Shown here one piece after another: positions 12,470 to 26,042 of a stretch of DNA of 64,000 bases (positions are counted from its first letter, which is position 1; each line of letters starts with the position of its first letter). This DNA is from Trichinella spiralis (taxonomy: Eukaryota): the NCBI RefSeq assembly GCF_000181795.1, contig NW_003526941.1, positions 2,445,700 to 2,509,699 on the forward strand. Direction: 5' to 3'. The notes beneath the pieces are model-generated. The model was not told the origin of the DNA, ran no database searches, and saw only the letters and a program-made list of their open reading frames with translations. The translations under genes and the position numbers were made by a program.

Positions 12470-15227
12470 ATGGACTGCATTAACGTTGCAATTGTAACAG
12501 GTATGTTATTCTTATGCAACATTTCTCTCCTAAAATTATTATATCTTAAAATATTCAAGTATGTTCAGCTGTATTAATTATTAATGGCAGTGATATTGAT
12601 GACAATTTAAAACTTTGTGCATTGTACTTCAATACACATATTATAGAATGTTAGCTGATCTTCAATTCGACTTTTCAATGTTAATATCAATGTTTTTATG
12701 TTGTATTTCAAAGGTAATATCAAAAATAATACACATTTATTTACAGTTAGTGACAGGTGTTACTTTGGAACACAAGCTGATGTGAGTGGACCGACGTTAT
12801 CAAAATTGGCGTGCTCTGAAAAGCAGTACATTTAAGCAGTTTTCAAAAATGCACATTAATTTCACACTGTATTTATTCAGAGTACTATGTAACGTGAAAA
12901 AACGGACTGTTATTCCAGACGATGTTGAAGTAATCAAGCTGACTTTGCTTACATTATCTCAACCAGATGCGAAAATAGACTTGATACTGACATGTGGAGG
13001 TACTGGTTTTGCACCTCGTGACGTCACTCCTGAAGTATGTTTTTTTAAAGGAATGTGAAATTCCAATTTCACTGTGCATTTGAGATAGGCTACAAAGGCA
13101 ATTATTACAAAAGAAGCTTCTGGTTTAATCGCAGCTTTGATCAACGCTACACAACCATTTAGCGCGTTATCTTGCATGACTGCCGGTATTCGAAACAAAT
13201 GCTTAATTGTAAATTTACCTGGTAGCGAGAAGGCGGTTAAGGTGCTGTTTTGTAATTTTGTATTTGAAAATATTTGAAACATTCTTTGTCAATATAGGAA
13301 TACTGGCCATTATTGCCACCAATATTGAAACACGCTGTTGACCTATTACGAGACAATCAACCTTCTGTTGTCAAATACCATAAGCAGCTGCAATCAAAAA
13401 TAAAAAGTGGGTAAAAGAAAAACAAATTGAATGAAAATAGTCATAAAATCAGAAAAGAATTTTAGGCAATGTGATAATTGATATCCCATGTCGTGCTCGC
13501 CAGTCCTCATTTCCACTGTTGCATGTACACGATGCTTACGCTATCATGTTGGAGAGCTTGCATTTGGAGGAAAATATTTTGGAGCTTTCAATCGAAAATG
13601 CAAGTGGATATGTACTTGCGCAGTCTGTTTACGCAGACGAACCATTTCCATCTTTTGAAACATCTCGGAAAGATGGCTACGCCGTGATAGGTACTACATT
13701 AGCTTCAGAATTTTATAATTTACAATTTTTTAATTTTAGCAAATGATACTTCCTTAATTCGCGAAGTGCTTGCTACCAGTACAGCAGGAAATGCGACAGT
13801 ATGCTTCTTTTTGGTTATATTTGTTATTTATATGCACTTTTAAGACAACTGCTATCAACTTGAAACCTGGTTATTGTGTTCGAATAAACACTGGAGCTCC
13901 TCTACCACTGTTAGCTGACGCAGTTATTCAAGTAGAAGATACAACACTTGTAGAAAGCAAAGTAAGATTTCAGTTTTTTCCAATCCAATTTAGTCTAACA
14001 AAATAGAATCAAATCTCGTTTTATAGGGAGGTGAAGAATACAAAATTGCAATAAATAAGCTTCCAGCTCATGGAAATGATGTTAGGTTCGGAAGAATAAT
14101 ATACTTTCATACATTTCGCAGCGCATTGATTTTTTTAGACATATTGGCAGTGATATTCAAAAAGATGAATGTGTGCTTGAAAAGGATACCCTACTAACAT
14201 CATCTGATTTGGCGATTTTAGCCACCATAGGAAAATCAACTTTAACTTTATATGAAAAACCATCCGTTGCAGTGATGTCATCTGGAAATGAGCTTGCAGA
14301 TCCTCGGCAAATGCACCTTGAACTGGGACAGGTTAGGGACAGCAATCGATTGATGCTTATCAGTCTACTTGAAAACAATGGTTTCAAAGCAATCAACTTG
14401 GGCATTGTACCTGATGAGTAATTCTATTTTCGTTTTTCGTCCATCTATTGTCAAACATAAACTAAACTTTACTTTAGTACCTATAATATTAATAATATGG
14501 TTATACAGTACTATATCTTTTAATATGATATATTGATGCAAATGTTTTAGCCCGGATTCAATTGTGAATGTACTGTATAAAGGTTTCGAACAAGCTCAAG
14601 TAGTGATATGTACAGGAGGAGTATCCATGGGTGAACGTGATTTTCTGAAGCAAGTGCTAGAAGTTGATCTTCACTTTACGATTCATTTTGGTCGCGTATT
14701 TATGAAACCTGGGTAAAGGGGGTTTTAAAAAATACAAGTATATTATATTTTCCTATGCTTTTTTGTTTTACAGAAAACCAACCACGTTTGCAAGTGGGCA
14801 AATTGAAGGACAGAGAAAATATTTTTTTGGCTTACCTGGTAATCCAATGTCAGCTTGGGTAACAGCTCATCTATTTCCCATACCAGCGTTACGTAAGTTG
14901 TCGCATTGGAAAGAGATTAAATTTCCTGAATTTTGTGTAAAGGTAAAATGAAAAAAAATGCTGATTGAAAATGTGTGATTAAAAATGTTGCAGCTGAAAA
15001 CGAATCATATTTTGGACGAGCGGCCGGAATATTGCTGCGCCAAATTAGAAGCTTCTGACGTTGAATTTGGTGTTCCACTTGCACGCATGCTCGAATTCAA
15101 TCAGATTAGTAGTCGGCCAACGTGTGCAAGAAATGCCAACCTATTGTTAAAGTTTCCACCTTCCACAGAAGAAAAACCAGAAATGTTAGCTGGTGATTAC
15201 GTCACTGCATTACTGATACATTTGTAA
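12470..15227 (+). CDS. GPHN: Gephyrin/cinnamon-like molybdenum cofactor synthesis protein (MogA G-domain fused to MoeA E-domain), multi-exon
   Basis: [15 protein letters not shown]...[24 protein letters not shown] and NLPGS (G domain); [43 protein letters not shown] and FGLPGNP (E domain), all joined in frame. Confidence 0.93.
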
Positions 15228-15445
15228 ATCACAAAATGAATGAATAGAATTTTTTCAATAAGAAAAAACAATGTAATGTAAAGTTTTACCTTTAATATCA
15301 TTCGGCTACTGTATTAGAAGAGAACATTTTTCCTCGTTGCATGTTACAGTATGTCGATTTTCAAGAAGCATACAAAAATACTGCTTGTATTCCTGTAACA
15401 AATTTTACTGAGATTATTATTAAAATCAATAATTCTGTTTCAGTT

Positions 15446-16384
15446 CTAGTTTATTTTGGGGCACTGATTTGCCAGAATGCATTTTCCATTGTCACTTCGA
15501 ACGAATCCTTCTTTACAAAAGCATCCACGAACACATTTCAGCGGGCACGGCCTAGATGAATTTCTATACAAAGATCTGCATGTAGGTGGACATGAGCTTC
15601 CGCATTCAGCAAATTGTTCATTCAAACCACAAACCCCCAAGTCTGCGTTAAAAATTACACTAACTTTTTCCAACGCATTCTGCAACTCACTTACCCTCGC
15701 ACATGTCTCGTGCTACGCATCTTCCTCCCGGATCGCGCACCAAATCTCCTCTACAAAAACAACCGGCTACACACTGCTTTGTGCATGTTTGTGGCATATC
15801 TTTTTTGATTGTATCGCATGTAAGTGGGCATGCAGTACCGCATTCGTCGAATTCTTCATCATTGTTACATTCCATTTTATCACTTGCTGCAAATACAGTA
15901 CGGTTTAAAAGTACTCGTAAAAATCGTGAAGTTAACAACTGAGTTGATTAGTTAGCAATTAGCAAATGAGTTCAACATTTACCATTTTCACAGAGAAATA
16001 TTTACATGAAAAAAGGTTGCTTTCAAAAAATATTCTTGTAATAAATAAGTTGAGAAAATAAAAAAAAACGGTTTCTATTGTATTGTTTATACTTGTCAAC
16101 AAAATACATTACAAATTACTGTGAAATGACAAATGCAAACAAGAATTTCAAAAAATAAATGAAAAAAAGTTTCTCGTTTCATGTAAAATTATAAAAAAAC
16201 GAGTATTACCTGGACATTCCTCTAGCTTTACACACTTTCCATCTCTCGCGCGAACCAAACCGTCTAGGCAAAAGCATCCACTAGCGCAAATAAGACTGCA
16301 ACTGGGATTTGGCTCTTCACAAGTAGCTGGACAAGCCGTTCCACATTGTTTATAAATTTCATTAGGTCCACATACAAAAAAATC
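15446..16384 (-). CDS. Three TIL (trypsin-inhibitor-like, 10-Cys) domain exons; second gene or alternative 3' part of the upstream TIL gene
   Basis: Exons ~16210-16384, ~15696-15886 and 15446-15642 each encode C..NE....CG..CP.TC...C...C..GCFC..G.VR...C....C with phase-1 splice sites; no obvious separate signal-peptide exon. Confidence 0.8.
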
Positions 16385-16806
16385 TGAAAATATTACCGAC
16401 AGCAAAACAGCTTTCATGATTTGTCACATTTGATAACTTCTGCCACGTAATGTTCATGTAATGAGAGTTATTCCATTTAAAATTGAGATATTAAAATGAA
16501 AAATAATAAATTAGCTGCGATGAACATTAAAAGTTATCATTTTCTTTTTTTCATATGTCAAAGTAGTCACTTTCAAAAATTTTCCACTAATTTGAATAAA
16601 AATTGTTGTTTTATTTCACATAATTTTCCTATTTCAAAAACACTTAAAAACAGATAAAAAATAGCCATGCTTCAATTTCAGTTTCACCCATGCAATTTCA
16701 TCCTTCCCATATTCATGCAGGAAAAACTGAAAAAAAATTAAAAAAAGAAAAGACCAAATTTCATGAAAATAAAAAACACTGTTGGCATGACAAATTGAAA
16801 GTACGT

Positions 16807-18011
16807 TCAGCAATCATCAGGCATTATGCAACGCAGATCGTACCCACGAACGAATGGAAACTTGCAGAAACATCCAGGTACACACATAGCAGGACACGCG
16901 TGTGGCGCAAGATCTTTTATAGATTCACAAGATTCTGGACAAGCACTTCCACAAGCTCTGTACTCTTCTCGGGGTCCACAGCCGCCCAAATGCGCTTCAT
17001 AATCAAACAAATTTTAAATACATAAATATAATTGGGAAAAACAAAATTTCAAATTGAAATCTAATTCCTCTACATATGCCAAACAAGCATTTTGAAACCA
17101 AGAATTTTGCTTTTTCAGCAAATTGTTATTATCATCACAGTTATCATGCAAAAAAAAAATAAGACGTCTGCTTACCACCACAAGCTTCCGGAGCTAAACA
17201 TTCACCGGTAGATGCTCTGACGTAGCCAGATTTGCAGAAGCAACCCGAAACACACTCTTTAGTGCATGGAATAATATTTTCACTTCGGATCGAATCGCAG
17301 GTTGCGGGACAAGCGCTACCACACTTCATGAAAACTTCATTTGATCCACATTTGTCGTTATCTAAAAAGAAATAACATCAATAACGGTATAAATAAACAA
17401 AATGAGAAATTTTATTTTTACTAGGTTTTCCACAATCTTCTGGTGGAATGCATTTTCCATCGTAACCTCGTACATACCCATTCTTACAAAAACAACCAGC
17501 AATACAATTCCCCGTGCAAGGTCTTTCAAATCCCGAGGAAACTGTATCGCATGTTTCTGGACAAGCGGAACCGCATTCTTGAAAGACTTCATTTTCAGGA
17601 CATGAACTGTTGACTTTATCTGAAAAGCAAATGAGCTACTGCTAAAAAAATAAAAGCATGCATTAATCAATAAATCCATTTATTACTTGGACATAATGAC
17701 ATTGGAATGCAACGACCTCTTAAATCTCGTACAAAACCGTCGACACAAAAGCAACCAGGAACGCACTGCAGAGTGCAAGGTGTGTCTTTGCCACTAGCAA
17801 TGCTTTCACAAGTTTCTTCACATGAACTTCCACAAGAATTCCAAATTTCGTTTAACGGACACAAAACTAAAAAAAATTTAATCAGTAAATCATTAATTAA
17901 TTTTTAACACATGCAACATAACTTAAAATTACCTGAACCGTTTACTAAATTTATCTTCAACCAAAAGGCACAAAGCATCATTGCTAGAACCAAAACGGAG
18001 TAATGCAACAT
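16807..18011 (-). CDS. Secreted serine protease inhibitor: signal peptide plus four TIL domains
   Basis: Signal exon [26 protein letters not shown] (ATG 18011), then four phase-1 TIL exons; TGA at 16807-16809. Confidence 0.88.
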
Positions 18012-19268
18012 CGTCTGCTAATAATAAAATTCCCAGTCAACAGTTATTCACTGATGATACAATAATCTAATCTTAGCTTAAGCTAAGATTTTGATGAATA
18101 TAAAATATAAGAAAATATTTTTTTAATAATAATAACTTACTTTATAGTAATTACTTTGCAAACTTTATAGAGTAGCAAACCTTTTTAAGTGGCGCAACAG
18201 AGTCAAACTGATCAAGGATATTAACATCATACTATTATAGAGATTGGCCATTCTATTGTTTTTGACGCCCACACAAACTAGTTGGATTATAAATTGTTTA
18301 TCAAGCAGCCAGATTATGACGAAGTGAGCAATATAAAAAGCAGAAAAACTAGAAAACCAAGCTTCTATTCAGCCTGCTTGCTAAAGCATATTGAAAGTTG
18401 AGTCACGAAACGCCTCCGTCTGTAAAGCATTGAATGCATCGCTTATAAAATCATATTTCAACACTTCCTGAAGCTGATGACAATCAGTTTCACCTTTCTA
18501 CTAACAAACTAGCTAACGCAAAAGAGCTAGCAATCAAAAACTGGTACCCATTTTTGTAAAACAACCTCCTATTTTTATATTTCAGCATGTCTAAACCAAT
18601 AATTTTAAAATTGCTAATCACAAATTGTCAAATAAAATTATCTGTAGCATTCGCGTGAAACAGGAAAAAAGCTGGAATAAAATAAATTTTTAAAAAGGAA
18701 CAAAAATAATAAAACTTTCATATATAAGATGGCAATTTTTGATTTCAAAAACAAAATTTTTTAATATACAGATATACAGATAAGAAGGATAAAATACATT
18801 AATTCTAAAATACATCACAAACATTATAAAGTTGTGATCTTCACGTTTTTACATAAATTGCTTACCGTTAAATTATTTCTAGGCTAAACAGCTAAATAAA
18901 ACATCAACTGTGTAAATAAAATAAATAATCTCATCAGTAGTATCAAAAGCATCAAACATTAAATCTATCTATAACTTTTGTAAGTTAATAAAAATATTAT
19001 TAGTCACGCGCATTTGAAGATAAATAATTGAAATATAGATTCTACATTAATGATAACAAATAAATAAATAAATAACAATGGTAATAAATTACTTAATAAG
19101 ATAACATTCTGCCCTGTAAAATTTAATCCTGAAAATCGTATAATACAGTAAGAACATGTCGTTCTAAACCTGAAAGCATGGCTCGAAACACTCCAGTTTT
19201 TCATTAACGCAACGAGCTGATTTATAAAAATTACGTACATTTCTGGGTTGTAATTACCTGACTCGTCG

Positions 19269-19669
19269 ATGGTCTGTGAAAAGTGTGAAAAGAAACTATC
19301 TAAAGTGATAACACCTGATCCTTGGAAATCTGGTGCCCGAAACACGACCGAAGGTGGTGGTCGAAAAGTTGGCGAAAACAAACTGCTCACTATGAACAAA
19401 GGACGGTAAAAATAATGATGATCAAGACCGAACTATTTTCATCACTAATATCACTGTTTTAAGTTCAAGAGTAGTCGTTGACGTTCTTTCATTTTGGCAG
19501 GTATGTTCCGCACAAAAATGATCAGTTTAACCGCTGCAGAATTTGTCGTTCCGTTGTTCACCAACCTGGTTCCCATTATTGTCAAAGCTGTGCTTATCAG
19601 AAAGGCATATGCGCCATGTGTGGAAAGAAGATGCTCATGACCAAAAACTACAGACAAAGTACAGTTTAG
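19269..19669 (+). CDS. CRIPT: Cysteine-rich PDZ-binding protein, 2 exons (19269-19405, 19501-19669)
   Basis: MVCEKCEKKLSKVITPDPWKSGARNTTEGGGRKVGENKLLT...CRICRSVVHQPGSHYCQSCAYQKGICAMCGK...YRQSTV (PDZ-binding end). Confidence 0.96.
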
Positions 19670-19858
19670 GTTCAAATATTTTTTTGCAACGTTTCTTCAA
19701 CATCATATATATTCATCATTTGTACTTATACGACTATGGTGTATTAAAAACGTAATAATATAATAAAACTGAATAAAGTTTAGTTTATTAAGCAGTTACA
19801 AAGAATATCTTATCGAATAGCAGTTTCCAAAAGTAGGTTGCTTTGTTTGTGAACGACA

Positions 19859-22247
19859 TCAAATTTGAAGAGCTGCAAAAAATTGGTTGGCATACGCCAT
19901 CGGCGTCACTTTTGGATGATCAACAGCTTCGTAGGTGGTAAACTTCGGCGTAAGATCACTACCAGTGATCACAATAAATGCCCCTTTGTTGCCAATAGTG
20001 TCGCTGAACACGGAAGATAAATGAATCACAGAATGATAAACAGCAAAATGATAAGCAAACAGCTTCAGCACATACCAGTAGTTTGGCGCAGAGAAAACAG
20101 TGATGCATTTACCATCGTGAGCCACTTCGTAACCGATCGGCTTAACTTCATGACTTCTGAAAAAATATATGTAAGAAAATACAAAAAAAACAAAAAAGAA
20201 ATACCGAACAATATAATCCAAATTGTTGTGCTTGCAAAATTCTTTTGTAACATTGGGTCCAAATTGAATGCCGACTCCTCGCTTAGATGATGCACGACCG
20301 TTACCGTCCTGCGGGTCCGACCAAAGCAGTTCACACATCAAACCTTCGTCCGGTGGTTGACGGAATCGCGAAACACCACGAATGTCATCCAACGTGACTC
20401 CATCTTCAGAGAACAAACCCCCGTGCATAACCAGGACCCGTTTGTTGATTAAATGCGCAAGAGGCAAAGTGTTAAATACTTCTGTAAACAGCTCAGCCAT
20501 TTGGGCAGAAAATTTACTGCGCACCTCGCCCTCAAAACCGTACATGCGATTCATCAGCTCACTTTCATGATTTCCTAAATTGACAATTAAAATATAATTT
20601 AACAAAAATAAGATCAATCTAAAAACGAAAAATCACCTCGTGACAGAAAAACGTGTCTCGGATACAACAACTTATAACTGAACAGCGTGAACACCGTTTC
20701 AACGGAAAATGATCCACGGTCCACAAAATCACCATTAAACAGCTAAAAGAAGCAATGAATTAATATATATATATATGAAATAAATAAATAAATACATAAG
20801 GATTCTCTTCTGATGGTGCACCGTTGATTTCAAAAATGTTGAGCAAATCGTAAAATTGACCATGTATATCACCACAAATTGTAAACTTTTTATCCTAAAA
20901 GCGTGATAACAAAAAATAACAATAGTCTTCTAATAATGTTTAAAATTCTACTTACTTTTGGAACTGTTATATCAACCAATGTTGGCTCTTCTAAAAAGAA
21001 CTTTCGAATTTCAATCAATATCTAAAAATTATTCTTATTATAATTATTATTTTCTTTAAAAAAGTAATTTCAAAAATAAATACGTTAAACGCAAACTTCT
21101 TATGAAGACGCTTCTGATTTTTAAATGTCTCTTTAAGCTTTTCTAAAAATTGCAAAGTCACTTTCCCATCTTCTAACACAGGGCCATCATAATCATCTTC
21201 AACTACTAAAATGAATGAATATTAATATTATTGCAGAAACAAAAATAAACATAAAAAATACTTATGCTTTCCAAATTAATGGAATCTACCGCCGACTTTT
21301 CACTAGTCTCTACTGAAATTGCCTTCGCAAATGCCAATTGTTTCACTATTCTCCGGCACTCCACCAGCTTATTCTTGGCATCCTTATCTTGAGGTCTCAC
21401 TTTTACAACCTAAATCATAAATGAAAATTTCAATACATGAATACACACAAGATTTATAGCTATTCAAATTATAAAAATTTATTAATTTTATAAATTCATC
21501 TTAACGAATGCATGATTAAAAAATATAAAGCAATAAAGCAAAAAAATCACTGATATTAATTTCAAAATACACAAATTAATAATCAATTTTAATCAGTACT
21601 TTAAAAGTGGAATACTTTAAAGAATCAAAGTTGCTACATAGATGTGAGCAAAAAAAACAAGTACTACATGTAAATTTTTCCTCTTTTGCATCTATCACAT
21701 TAATAAAGTTTTTTCAAAAATGACTGCATACACACTTATTATTTAAAAATCTTATTTATTTAAACATGAGTCACAATTAACTGCTGCATAATAATAACAA
21801 TTATAATAATTATTATAACAAGCGTCTATTTTATTTTCACTTAAAGCAGTGCTGCTACTTACCGCTTCATAATCCATTAACGCCAACTTGAACTTCCCAA
21901 GAGCCATGTTTGCTTGAGCACGACGGTAATAACCTTTCACATAACCTCTATCAATTTCAATCGCACTAGTTGCATCAGCCAGTGCTGAGCCATATAATTC
22001 AATGCGAAGATTAGCTAAACTTCTGTTTCCCAAAAGCTGAGGATCAGCTGGTGTATACTTCAGCGCATCAGTGTAAAGTTCGATAGCCCTCTCGTACTGT
22101 TCATCTTAAACTGGATGATGAAATGTGGTAAAATTACAAATAAATATACTCACTTTTGAAGCATTCATTAGCTTCTTGACGCAAACGCTTTGCTTCAGCA
22201 ATGTTTTCCACCATTTTTGTTTTATCAACATTAATATCGGCTACCAT
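19859..22247 (-). CDS. pph-5: Serine/threonine protein phosphatase 5 (TPR + PPP domain), multi-exon
   Basis: TPRs ([28 protein letters not shown]), [40 protein letters not shown] and PMAYAN. Confidence 0.96.
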
Positions 22248-23056
22248 TCCTTCTGAAAAAATAGACACAATAACCAGTGCACTGACAGTTTAAACAATAA
22301 GAATAAAATGAATAACGAGAAGACAAGATACAGTATAACATAATGCAGGATCAAAAATAACAATTACAGCATACTTTCTTCTAACGTGTAATACATTTAT
22401 AACTATAAACTAAAAATTAAATAAAGATCAGTTTATCATATAAAGTGTGTTTATAAAAAATCAGTCAGAGATTACAATGCAATAAAAATTGTAAGTTACT
22501 TCCCCCTCATATTCACGTTGATTAGTACTGTAGTAAAGAAAATAATAAAATTTTAATTAGCTTCCTAAAAGCCGCTAATATGTTACAATATATAAGGGGA
22601 TTTCCACATGAACCATACTGTCTGCTAGTCACGAGGACGGAATTGCTTCCACAGTAATTTGTACCTGCTTATCATAATTAAACCTTACTATTACTATTGC
22701 GCTATGTTCAAGTTTAATTGAAACGTCATAAAAAATTCAGGAATGGCTTCTCGAACTGCCAGGACGAACATATAAATTCTATCAAATCTGAATATCTCTA
22801 GTCATTGCATTTTGACGTGCGTGTTTAGGAATAAAACTCTGTTGTTGATGTAAATCATGCCTGACAGTAATACGCTCGTCAACAAAACAAAAATACTGCA
22901 TTACAGGACAGCGCGTTAAATTTATTTGATCACTATCAGCATAAAAATAGTAGTTGATGCCAAAACAGTAAGCAATAAATAATAACTGGTATTCAAGTAA
23001 TTTTGCTGTTTTGACCTAAAACGTGACCTATAGATAAATTATTCTAATTACGTCAA

Positions 23057-23064
23057 TATAAAAG
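23057..23064 (+). promoter_or_regulatory. TATA box of the secreted orphan gene
   Basis: TATAAAAG starting 45 nt before ATG 23102, preceded by TTACGTCA. Confidence 0.5.
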
Positions 23065-23101
23065 AGCCAGGCGGAAAAGAATTGCTTAAATTAATACAAA
23101 T

Positions 23102-24075
23102 ATGCACAAGTTGGTTTTGATATTCTTTTCCATCAGCTTGCTGATGCTAGGCAAACAAAAGTACCATGTATTCGCTGATAGTGCTTCAGGTAAATGAAAT
23201 AAAAATTCTCATTCTGTTTTATCAAGTAACAAGTTAAATTTATTAGAATCTGGTTCAGATGAAGTACACTTTGTAAACGGTGATGGAAATGCATTAGAAA
23301 GTTTACACATCAATTCGAGCAAAACAGACATTTCTGATGGAAAAAGGGAAGCTGAAATTCTCTTGCTTAACAACTGCAGTGCAATTGCAGTAAATACCAA
23401 TCATGAACGAGAAGATATTCAAGCTACCTCAAAATTTACTGAACGTCGCAAAGATTCACCTGAAAACCATTACGGTAGGCAGCATATATGAGCGAGGAAA
23501 ACACATAAATATTATACGACTGTTTATAATGTAATAGATAATAAAGAAGATTCAATTGAATCAAACCATACCATTGATATTCAAGCTACTTCAAAATTTA
23601 CTGAACGTCGCAAAGATTCATCTATCAACCTCTACGGTAGGCAGTATTTATCAGTGGACAAGTATGTTAACATTTATAACACAGTACAGTTCATAATACA
23701 ACAGATCATAAAGACGAATTACCTGAATCAATGTATATCGTGGAACCGCTAAGTTTAGATGATGACGATGATCAACCCGTAAAGAGTACCAACTCTTCGG
23801 AATATGATATTCAAAGAAAATTTATTGAAAGCATTAAAAAAAGTATACTGTATTGTTTTCGCAAATTTTCTTTTGCTAATACTTGAATATTTTCAGTTTC
23901 TCGCAAGATGGTCAAAAGTCTCATGGCTGTTTTGGAGAAATTTAACATTGTTGAAGGCAAAGATGCAGACTACGTGCTACGAATGCAATTGCATCGCAAC
24001 GCTGGTCTTACGCAGAAAGAGTTAAACAGCAGCAATGCTATCAAAAATTTTGATGAAAAATCTTCAGAAAACTAA
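23102..24075 (+). CDS. Orphan secreted acidic protein, 5 exons, with an internally duplicated exon segment
   Basis: Signal-like start MHKLVLIFFSISLLMLG; phase-1 GT-AG introns join ...DIQATSKFTERRKDS (x2)...SLDDDDDQP...KNFDEKSSEN* into one open frame. Missed by the ORF track. Confidence 0.72.
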
Positions 24076-24502
24076 TTCAATTCCGTTATTAATTTTTTAC
24101 CACATTTTACCTGATGACAATGTTATATGTGAAAAATTAATTTTAGTTTTATGAAAAATAAAATAATTAATAATTATCTAGTTGAAAATAATCGAAAAGA
24201 ATCCGTAACTTATCTATATATCACATCAGAAATGAAATTTTCATACAAAATGTTTGCAAAATTCAATTTGCATAAAATAAAATTCAACAAATGAAAAATA
24301 AATGTTTCATACATCACTATACAAAAATGTTTCAAATTAAAATGATCTGCATTGCAAAACTCTCAAAATATGAGACATGAAATTAGGAAAATTTCCATAA
24401 AGCCTTCAGCTATAGGCTATTCTAACTTAATTTAATAAGATTTAAGTAAGCCTTTTGATAAATTAAATTAAAGTTAAAAGCAAAAATCTGCGCAGTGCTG
24501 CA

Positions 24503-25230
24503 ATGCTTTCGTTGAAAATTTGGCAAAATTTTTGTGGTTTGAACCGACTGCACTTGTTATCCTTTTTAATCACAATATGCCTTTCACTTATGATAGCACC
24601 TTGCAGAAGCTACTCTGTAAATTACATTACTACAACTACGACAGAAAATGGTTTAAAAATATTTGTTATGTGCATGCCATTTATATACCACGCAAAACCT
24701 TTTTTTCAGAATTCCCAGCTCAACAGTATAAAATAAAAGAAGGCGAAGAAAACGATTATGCTCAGTTTTATGAGAAGATAGAGAAAGCAAAACAGCGTAA
24801 ACAGCATTAACAATGCTACATTTAAGAAAAACTATATTTTCCTATTCACAGAATTACTTGTCGATACAATACGAATGCTGATGTCCAAACCGCCACCCAC
24901 ACCACCACCGGCATATGACATTCATTCAAAAATAGAGATAACAACTAGGTTTCTACATTCACTTGAAAAACTGATACCTGCAATTACAAATCTTTTTGCC
25001 GAAACACTGCGCAGTTATAGAATTTATAGAAGAGAAATAAGTAAATGAAAAATTTTTGTTTCTTAAACTCCAAAATTTTATTATTCTTTCTTATAGTCGA
25101 GATGACGAGGCCGATTCAAGATCGTACAGAAAGCATCGATGAAAAATCGAATTTGACCGACATTATTAAATTAGTTGCTCCAATATTAAGGCAGCTATGG
25201 AAACTCATTACTGATTACAGACAGCTTTAA
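24503..25230 (+). CDS. Orphan secreted protein, 4 exons, with a Pro-rich PPxY motif
   Basis: Hydrophobic LLSFLITICLSLMIAPCRS signal; phase-1 introns (~24651-24709, ~24797-24851, ~25041-25097) give a continuous frame containing KPPPTPPPAY and ending LWKLITDYRQL*. Confidence 0.72.
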
Positions 25231-26042
25231 TTTGTTCAATTATTGTTCATTTTTACAATGTGATATTAAATTAAAGTTACTGTTACTTTTACCATTACCA
25301 CAATGTGCAAACAGCGTTTACAACTATTCAAATAAAATGTTTCCTTTTAGTTCTTCGCGGTTAATAAAATATAGTGCAAACATAACGTTCTTTTCATTAT
25401 TATAAATAAAAATTGAATAAAATACAGAAACAACTTACTATTTGCATCATTATCACTTTCTTTATTCATTTTTAGTACTGACAAAGACAAATTTCACGTT
25501 ACAACAATGCCGAACCTTTATCCATTACGTTTCAGTACCAGCTCCAGTAAGTTGCATCAAAAAATGAACTAGAAATTTAAGTGATTAAATTTACTATTAT
25601 AAAAACGAAACAAAATTATTAATTTATAATTGAAATAAAACTACTGATCTTTTGCTTAAAATTGTCCCTACAGTTCTTAACATTCTATGTATTGCAAAAA
25701 CTCAACACGTTTGTTTCCAAAAATCCAATGCCAGAAGCAACATTTTAATAGTATATAAAATAACAGATTAGATATCCATATATGAGAAACATTTTAAAAA
25801 AACTTCATTATAATAAATTTAAAATTTGTCTCATAATGAACTTACCACAAAAAAACTGTTAGGCAGTAATTTTTTCAGCATTTACAGTAACCAAAATTAT
25901 ACTCAAGTTTAAATTAACAGTGTTCATTTGTCACGTACAGTTTTTTCATTAAAAAACTGGTTCTTTATTATATTTTTTTATTCCACATTATTTTTGAAGT
26001 AAAATAATTTAACATCAATTTGTAAAAATGACTAAATGACGT

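Noticed and set aside
16807..16809. TGA after Cys read as selenocysteine
   Set aside because: The TIL domain already has its Cys complement, no SECIS was recognised, and the following GT is out of phase.
19415..19490. Box C motif in the CRIPT intron
   Set aside because: No CTGA box D follows within the intron.
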